From: an uncultured candidate division Zixibacteria bacterium
GTDB lineage: Bacteria > Zixibacteria > MSB-5A5 > GN15 > PGXB01
Direction of reading: 5' to 3'
DNA: 64,000 nucleotides
Assembly: GCA_963702205.1 (NCBI GenBank)
Contig: OY969724.1
Coordinates: 1,088,001 to 1,152,000 of the forward strand
The stretch's first letter is position 1; each line of letters starts with the position of its first letter. Positions 58,510-64,000 of the stretch are shown one piece after another. The position numbers and the translations under genes are program-made. The notes under the pieces are model-generated. The model was not told where the DNA came from, made no database searches, and worked only from the letters and a program-made list of their open reading frames with translations.

Positions 58510-60267
58510 GTGAGCAACGGTAAAACGGGGATGGATTCAAAGACAATTGTTTTGATTATTGCGCTGGGCGCGCTCGTGATTTTCTGGGTACCGATTATGA
58601 CCCAGCTTGGGTTCATTCAACCGCCTGCGGAACAGCCCGAACAACAGGAAATGGCGGAGCCCACCGATACGGCCACTGTCCAGGAACGTCCGCTCAATGT
58701 TTCGCAGCAAAACCCGGCGCCGACCGGAAGCACAACAACTACCCGAACCCAACCGCAAATGACTGCGGGCGATACGACTACAATGGCGGAAAGGCCGCCC
58801 GAGGATACCGTCCTAGTCAAAACCAATGTCTGGGAGATAGCTTTCAGCAATTACGGCGGCGGACCGGTTTCGTTCAAGCTGCTTAATTATAAATACAGCG
58901 GCGACGGCCCAATACAGATGCTCCCCGAATGCATCATGGCTACGCCGGAATTTTCGTTCAATAACGGTGCTTTCGTAGATAAAAATGTCGTCTATACGAC
59001 CAATCAAGATCGCCATAGCTATGACGTTACGTCGTCCGAGCAGGAACTGGTATACACCTATGCCGGCCCATCGGGCGGGACCATAACCAAGCGCTATCGC
59101 TTTTATCCTGACCGCTATGATTACGATCTGATCCTTGAAATTTCCGACCGGGCAGCCCTCGGTTTCGAGCGCGAGTATTCCATTAATTGGGATAACAAAT
59201 TGATGCCCACCGAGTTAAATATCTCCGATGATTATACGCAAATGTGGGCGATGGCCTATCAAAACGGTGTCCGGGTGAAAATCGACAGTTATGATAACAA
59301 CCAATATAATGTCAGCTATCAGGGGGTGACCAACTGGATCGCGACCAGATCGAAATACTTCACGGCCATTCTTATGCCGCGCTCCAAAGACGGTATCGAG
59401 GCGCATTCCAGCGGGGTCAAATACAAAGCCCAGACTACCCAGGGCTCGGCCGAGGTTCGAGAGATTACGGTCGGAATAAATATGCCGATCGAATACGACC
59501 CGACCGTCACCGACAGCTTTTCGGTTTATGTCGGGCCGATGGATTATGATAAGCTCAATGCCTACAATGACCAGGTGGTCGATCTGATCGATATTGGAAC
59601 CACGCCGTTCGTGGGGTGGATCATCAAAATTTTCGCGGTGCCGATCTTATGGCTGCTGCCTCGCATGTATAATTATATCCCCAACTACGGTGTCGTTATA
59701 ATAATCTTCTCGCTTCTGGTCAAAGTTATCACCTTCCCCCTGACAAAGAAGACTCTTAAGTCGATGATCGGGATGAAGAAGATCCAGCCGAAGCTGGAGG
59801 AACTCAAGATTAAGCATAAAAATAACCCGCAGGCGCTCAACCGCGAGATGATGAAGCTCTATAAAGAGATGGGTATCAACCCGCTTTCGGGCTGCCTGCC
59901 GATGCTCCCGCAGATGCCGCTGTTTTTCGCCCTGTTTGCTGTTTTCCGGTCGACCATTCTTTTGCGCCAGGCGCCGTTCGTATTCTGGATTAACGACCTC
60001 TCGCGCGGGGCTTTGTCGCTGACCGACCCGTATATGATTCTGGTGGCGCTCATGGTCGGCCTCATGTTTCTGCAGCAGAAAACCGGTATGACCGACCCGA
60101 AGAACAAAGCGCTGACCTATATCTTCCCGTTCATGCTCGGGTTTTTCTTCTACAAGGCCTCGGCCGGATTGGTGCTATACTGGACCTGCTTTTCCCTGTT
60201 TTCGTTCATAGAACAGGTCGCTTTCAAACGCCCAATGATGCAGAAGGCGGACGACGAAGTCCAATGA
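58510..60267 (+). CDS. yidC: Membrane protein insertase
   Basis: NYGVVII, INPLSGCLPMLPQMP, WINDLS, GLVLYW. Confidence 0.96.
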   Translation: MSNGKTGMDSKTIVLIIALGALVIFWVPIMTQLGFIQPPAEQPEQQEMAEPTDTATVQERPLNVSQQNPAPTGSTTTTRTQPQMTAGDTTTMAERPPEDTVLVKTNVWEIAFSNYGGGPVSFKLLNYKYSGDGPIQMLPECIMATPEFSFNNGAFVDKNVVYTTNQDRHSYDVTSSEQELVYTYAGPSGGTITKRYRFYPDRYDYDLILEISDRAALGFEREYSINWDNKLMPTELNISDDYTQMWAMAYQNGVRVKIDSYDNNQYNVSYQGVTNWIATRSKYFTAILMPRSKDGIEAHSSGVKYKAQTTQGSAEVREITVGINMPIEYDPTVTDSFSVYVGPMDYDKLNAYNDQVVDLIDIGTTPFVGWIIKIFAVPILWLLPRMYNYIPNYGVVIIIFSLLVKVITFPLTKKTLKSMIGMKKIQPKLEELKIKHKNNPQALNREMMKLYKEMGINPLSGCLPMLPQMPLFFALFAVFRSTILLRQAPFVFWINDLSRGALSLTDPYMILVALMVGLMFLQQKTGMTDPKNKALTYIFPFMLGFFFYKASAGLVLYWTCFSLFSFIEQVAFKRPMMQKADDEVQ

Positions 60268-60270
60268 GCC

Positions 60271-61674
60271 ATGAATGCGCACACTCAAGATTTCTATCGC
60301 GAGACTACCGCGGCTATTGTCACGCCGCCCGGTGAGGGCGGCCTCGGTGCGATTCGTATCGCCGGCTCTGACTCCGAAAACATTCTAAATAAAATTTTCA
60401 AACCCGCTCACGAACCCGACTCGAAGGCGGGATATTTTATTCTCAGATACGGTTATATTGTTGACGGACAAGAAAATACAATAGACGAAGTGACCGCGGT
60501 CCTGATGCCTTCGGGACGCTCATACACCGGTCAGGAGCAGGCAGAAATTTTCTGCCACGGCGGCCAGTTTGTGCTTAAGAGAATCCTGAAAGAAATTGTC
60601 GCTCATGGAGCCCGTATGGCCGAACCCGGTGAATTTACACGCCGGGCGTTTCTGGCCGGACGAATCGACCTGGCCAGAGCCGAGGCCGTCGCTGATTTAA
60701 TCGCCGCCAAAACGGCTTTTTCATATGAGTCTGCCAAGAACAATTTAATCGGTGCCATGTCTGAAAAGATACACGCTCTGCGCGAGCAGCTCGTGAATAT
60801 CCTGGCCGAGATTGAAGCCGCAGTCGATTACCCGGAAGAAGAAATCGAGACCGCCGACCGGGGCAAGATGATTGCTTCCATTGAAAATATAATTGCTCGA
60901 ATCGGCGAACTGGCCGCAAGCTATCGCTCGGGCAGAATAATAAAAGAGGGCTTTCGCATCGCCGTCGCCGGGCGGCCCAATGCCGGGAAGTCTTCTCTGT
61001 TCAACATCCTGCTCAATCAAAACCGGGCTATTGTCGCACCGGTACCGGGGACAACCCGCGACTATCTGACCGAATGGATCGACCTTGAGGGCGTCGCGGT
61101 CTCGTTGACCGATACCGCCGGGCTGAGATCGTCGCGAGGGGCGATCGAAAAATCTGGTCAGGAATCGGCCATGCAGATTATGAAAGACGCCGATCTGATT
61201 GTCTGGACAGCCGATACCTCGCGCAAGAATTTCTCTGATGAAATCGAAACCGATTTAAAGAAACTCGATTCATTTCCATCAGTAAAAATCGTATTCAACA
61301 AGATAGATAAGCTTTCGCTCGAACGTCTTAAGGCGGTCAAGATGATGGCGCGGGGCTATTCGGCGGTTGCGATATCGTGCAAGACCGACGAGGGGTTAGA
61401 TAACCTCCGCAGCAAACTGGTGGCTCGCGTCACCGGAGGCCTTCCGGATTTGACCGATGGCTTGGTGGTCACATCGGAGCGCCACAAACAAAAACTCGAC
61501 CTAGCGCTGGAGGCATTAAAACAGGCCGAGTCCGAAATCAAGCAGAACCAGAGTCCGGAAATAATTGCTTTCAATATTCGTCAGGGCATAAATGAAATTG
61601 ACGAAATTTCCGGCCGTATATATAATGAAGAGATTCTTGACCGTATATTTTCAAGGTTTTGTATCGGGAAGTAA
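60271..61674 (+). CDS. mnmE: tRNA modification GTPase
   Basis: GRPNAGKSS, GTTRD, DTAG, NKID, FCIGK. Confidence 0.97.
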   Translation: MNAHTQDFYRETTAAIVTPPGEGGLGAIRIAGSDSENILNKIFKPAHEPDSKAGYFILRYGYIVDGQENTIDEVTAVLMPSGRSYTGQEQAEIFCHGGQFVLKRILKEIVAHGARMAEPGEFTRRAFLAGRIDLARAEAVADLIAAKTAFSYESAKNNLIGAMSEKIHALREQLVNILAEIEAAVDYPEEEIETADRGKMIASIENIIARIGELAASYRSGRIIKEGFRIAVAGRPNAGKSSLFNILLNQNRAIVAPVPGTTRDYLTEWIDLEGVAVSLTDTAGLRSSRGAIEKSGQESAMQIMKDADLIVWTADTSRKNFSDEIETDLKKLDSFPSVKIVFNKIDKLSLERLKAVKMMARGYSAVAISCKTDEGLDNLRSKLVARVTGGLPDLTDGLVVTSERHKQKLDLALEALKQAESEIKQNQSPEIIAFNIRQGINEIDEISGRIYNEEILDRIFSRFCIGK

Positions 61675-61676
61675 AA

Positions 61677-63548
61677 TTGTTTTACGTGAAACATTCCGAC
61701 ATTGACATAATCGTTGTTGGCGGCGGGCACGCCGGAGTCGAGGCGACTCTGGCGGCCGGACGTATGGGCAAACGGGTGGCGCTGGTCACGATGGACCGCC
61801 GCAAACTGGCCCTGATGTCGTGCAATCCGGCTATTGGCGGGCTCGGTAAATCACATATAGTCAAAGAGATAGACGCTCTTGGCGGCGTCATTGGGCAGGC
61901 TATCGACGCCACCGGCATTCAGTTCCGAAAACTCAATCTCAGTCGCGGACCGGCGGTATGGGCCACCCGGGCCCAGGCCGATCGGATCGGTTATAATGAC
62001 TTCATATGCGACTTTGTCGAAGCTCAACCAGATGTTTCCGTAATCGAAGCCACCGCCGGAGAGATACTGGTAGAGGATGGCCGGGCAGTCGGAATTTGTA
62101 CCGAGGACGGTCAAACCATTCTGGCCGGGGCCGTAATAATTTGTTCGGGGACTTTTCTGGGTGGATTGATTCATATCGGCGACAAACAAATTCCCGCCGG
62201 ACGGCGAGGGGAAAAGGGAGCCTATAAACTTTCAGATTCCTTTCGTTCGCTCGGATTCGAGATTGGGCGGCTCAAGACCGGGACTCCGCCGCGGCTCGAC
62301 GGTAAGACTTTAGATTACTCCAAATGCGAATCTCAACCCGGACTCGAACCTCCCCCCTATTTTTCCTATCGTTCTCAGCCGCGCAAGATCAAACAGATCC
62401 CCTGTCATCTGACCTATACTACCGACAGGACTAAAGAAATAATCATGGCCAACCTGAATAAATCGGCCATGTTTTCCGGGCAGATCAGCTCGAGGGGACC
62501 GCGTTATTGCCCGTCGATTGAAGACAAAATATATCGCTTCCATGACAAGCCGAGGCATCATATTTTTCTCGAACCGGAGGGTAACGGCACCGATGAAGTC
62601 TACCCTAACGGATTTTCGACGTCGCTACCGGCCGATGTCCAGCTCGATGCCATCCGGACCGTAACCGGTCTCGAAAACGTCGAGATGACTCAAGCCGGGT
62701 ATGCTATCGAGTATGACTATTGCCCCTCGCATCAGATAAAGTCAACGCTCGAAACCAGACGTCTACCCGGACTCTTTCTGGCGGGTCAGATAAACGGTAC
62801 CTCAGGTTATGAAGAGGCGGCCGGGCTGGGATTGATCGCCGGAATTAACGCCGTCCTCGGGCTTGAAAAGGAACCGCCGTTTGTCCCGGACCGGGCCGAA
62901 TCGTATATCGGCGTCATGCTCGACGATCTGGTAAGCCACTCCACAACGGAACCTTACCGCATGTTCACGTCGCGCGCCGAATATCGCCTGCAGCTCCGCG
63001 AAGACAATGCCCGCGACCGGATGATTGAGTACGCCCGGAAATATTCTCTAATTCCGGAAGATCATTATGATTCATTTTTGGCCCTGAAAAAACGAACTCA
63101 GGATGCAATCATGGCCCTGGAGAAAAAGCATGTGCCGGTATCGAAGCTCGACGGGTATGCCGACTATTTTGTAAAACGCCAATCGATCTCCCTGGCCGAT
63201 ATTCTCAAGATCCCTGGCATCGATTACAAATACGTTACGAGGTTCCTTGAAAACGGCGGCTTGGTCGACGATGAGATCCTGGAGCGCGCTTCGGTCGCGA
63301 TCAAATATGCCGGGTATATCAGCAAACAGGAGCGGGAGGTCGAGAAATTTCGCGAAAATGAAAGCCGGAAGATTCCCGAGGATATGCCCTTTGAAAGACT
63401 GACCGGTTTGCGCAACGAAGCCCGCGAGAAGTTTGCCCGTTTTCGTCCGTCGTCGCTCGGTCAGGCCGGCCGGATCGAAGGCGTGACCGTCGGCGATATA
63501 GCGGCATTGTCAATCCACGTCCGGAAATATTCGTCGCAAAAGCAGTAA
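61677..63548 (+). CDS. mnmG: tRNA uridine-5-carboxymethylaminomethyl(34) enzyme
   Basis: VVGGGHAG, MSCNPAIGG, RLKTGTPPR, GPRYCPSIEDK, AGQINGTSGYEEAA; start uncertain (TTG 61677 or GTG 61686). Confidence 0.97.
   Translation: MFYVKHSDIDIIVVGGGHAGVEATLAAGRMGKRVALVTMDRRKLALMSCNPAIGGLGKSHIVKEIDALGGVIGQAIDATGIQFRKLNLSRGPAVWATRAQADRIGYNDFICDFVEAQPDVSVIEATAGEILVEDGRAVGICTEDGQTILAGAVIICSGTFLGGLIHIGDKQIPAGRRGEKGAYKLSDSFRSLGFEIGRLKTGTPPRLDGKTLDYSKCESQPGLEPPPYFSYRSQPRKIKQIPCHLTYTTDRTKEIIMANLNKSAMFSGQISSRGPRYCPSIEDKIYRFHDKPRHHIFLEPEGNGTDEVYPNGFSTSLPADVQLDAIRTVTGLENVEMTQAGYAIEYDYCPSHQIKSTLETRRLPGLFLAGQINGTSGYEEAAGLGLIAGINAVLGLEKEPPFVPDRAESYIGVMLDDLVSHSTTEPYRMFTSRAEYRLQLREDNARDRMIEYARKYSLIPEDHYDSFLALKKRTQDAIMALEKKHVPVSKLDGYADYFVKRQSISLADILKIPGIDYKYVTRFLENGGLVDDEILERASVAIKYAGYISKQEREVEKFRENESRKIPEDMPFERLTGLRNEAREKFARFRPSSLGQAGRIEGVTVGDIAALSIHVRKYSSQKQ
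61678..61693. promoter_or_regulatory. parS site (1 mismatch)
   Basis: TGTTTTACGTGAAACA versus consensus TGTTTCACGTGAAACA. Confidence 0.75.
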
Positions 63549-63572
63549 AATTACTAAATCACGTTATATATA

Positions 63573-64000
63573 ATGTCGTCAAACGATTCGATACAGCGTT
63601 TTAAATCCGATGAAATCATCGCCGAATTTGGGATACAAAATAGTCTCGACAGCTATCTCGATATTCTTCTTGAATATAATAAAAAAGTCAACCTTGTTTC
63701 ACGTGAAACATCGCGGCCGGACCTGATCCGTCTCGCAGCCGATTGCCTGATTCCGTTCAAATTCTCTGAACCGCCTTCGGGGACTTTTTTTGATATCGGG
63801 TCGGGCGGAGGTTTCCCCTCGATCGTATTGCTTCTGGCTTTTGGGAATCTGAGCGGTGTCCTGTATGAACGGACGCAGAAAAAGGCCAGATACCTGGGGG
63901 ATCTAATTGAAAAGCTGAATCTTAACGCCGAAGTACATCCCGACGACTGGCCCCCCACGGTTTCTGATAATAAAAGTGTCTTCGACCTGGGCACGATGAA
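63573..64000 (+). CDS. rsmG: 16S rRNA m7G527 methyltransferase, 3' truncated by the window
   Basis: YNKKVNLVSRE, FDIGSGGGFPSI; follows mnmG. Confidence 0.9.
   Translation, partial: MSSNDSIQRFKSDEIIAEFGIQNSLDSYLDILLEYNKKVNLVSRETSRPDLIRLAADCLIPFKFSEPPSGTFFDIGSGGGFPSIVLLLAFGNLSGVLYERTQKKARYLGDLIEKLNLNAEVHPDDWPPTVSDNKSVFDLGTM
63695..63710. promoter_or_regulatory. parS site (perfect)
   Basis: TGTTTCACGTGAAACA. Confidence 0.88.

Overview
Bacterial chromosomal window, probably origin-proximal. It ends in rpmH-rnpA-yidD-yidC-mnmE-mnmG-rsmG and carries two parS palindromes. The mix of dockerin-tailed and 'NYPNPFN...KKMILLK' (T9SS/FlgD-like CTD) secreted proteins suggests a candidate division Zixibacteria/FCB-related organism (inference). 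Content: tRNA-Ser(UGA), a TPP riboswitch controlling a TonB-dependent receptor and an SSS transporter, a YtrA/GntR ABC operon, a MacB-type ABC pair, ilvC, and many secreted enzymes. Most notable observations: (1) three stand-alone GIY-YIG nuclease genes. Two are bracketed by 28-bp palindromic inverted repeats and followed by tandem arrays of the IR end, inside a mosaic cassette-like locus (23.4-27.6 kb). (2) Several modular REP/MITE-like palindrome families with no transposase in the window. (3) An ECF anti-sigma factor fused to a secretion-sorting C-terminal domain. (4) An anticodon-domain-less AsnRS paralog behind an unrecognised attenuator-like leader. (5) Seven genes broken by single frameshifts or a stop codon, possibly sequencing errors. 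All calls come from reading the sequence and recalled motifs; no database searches were run.
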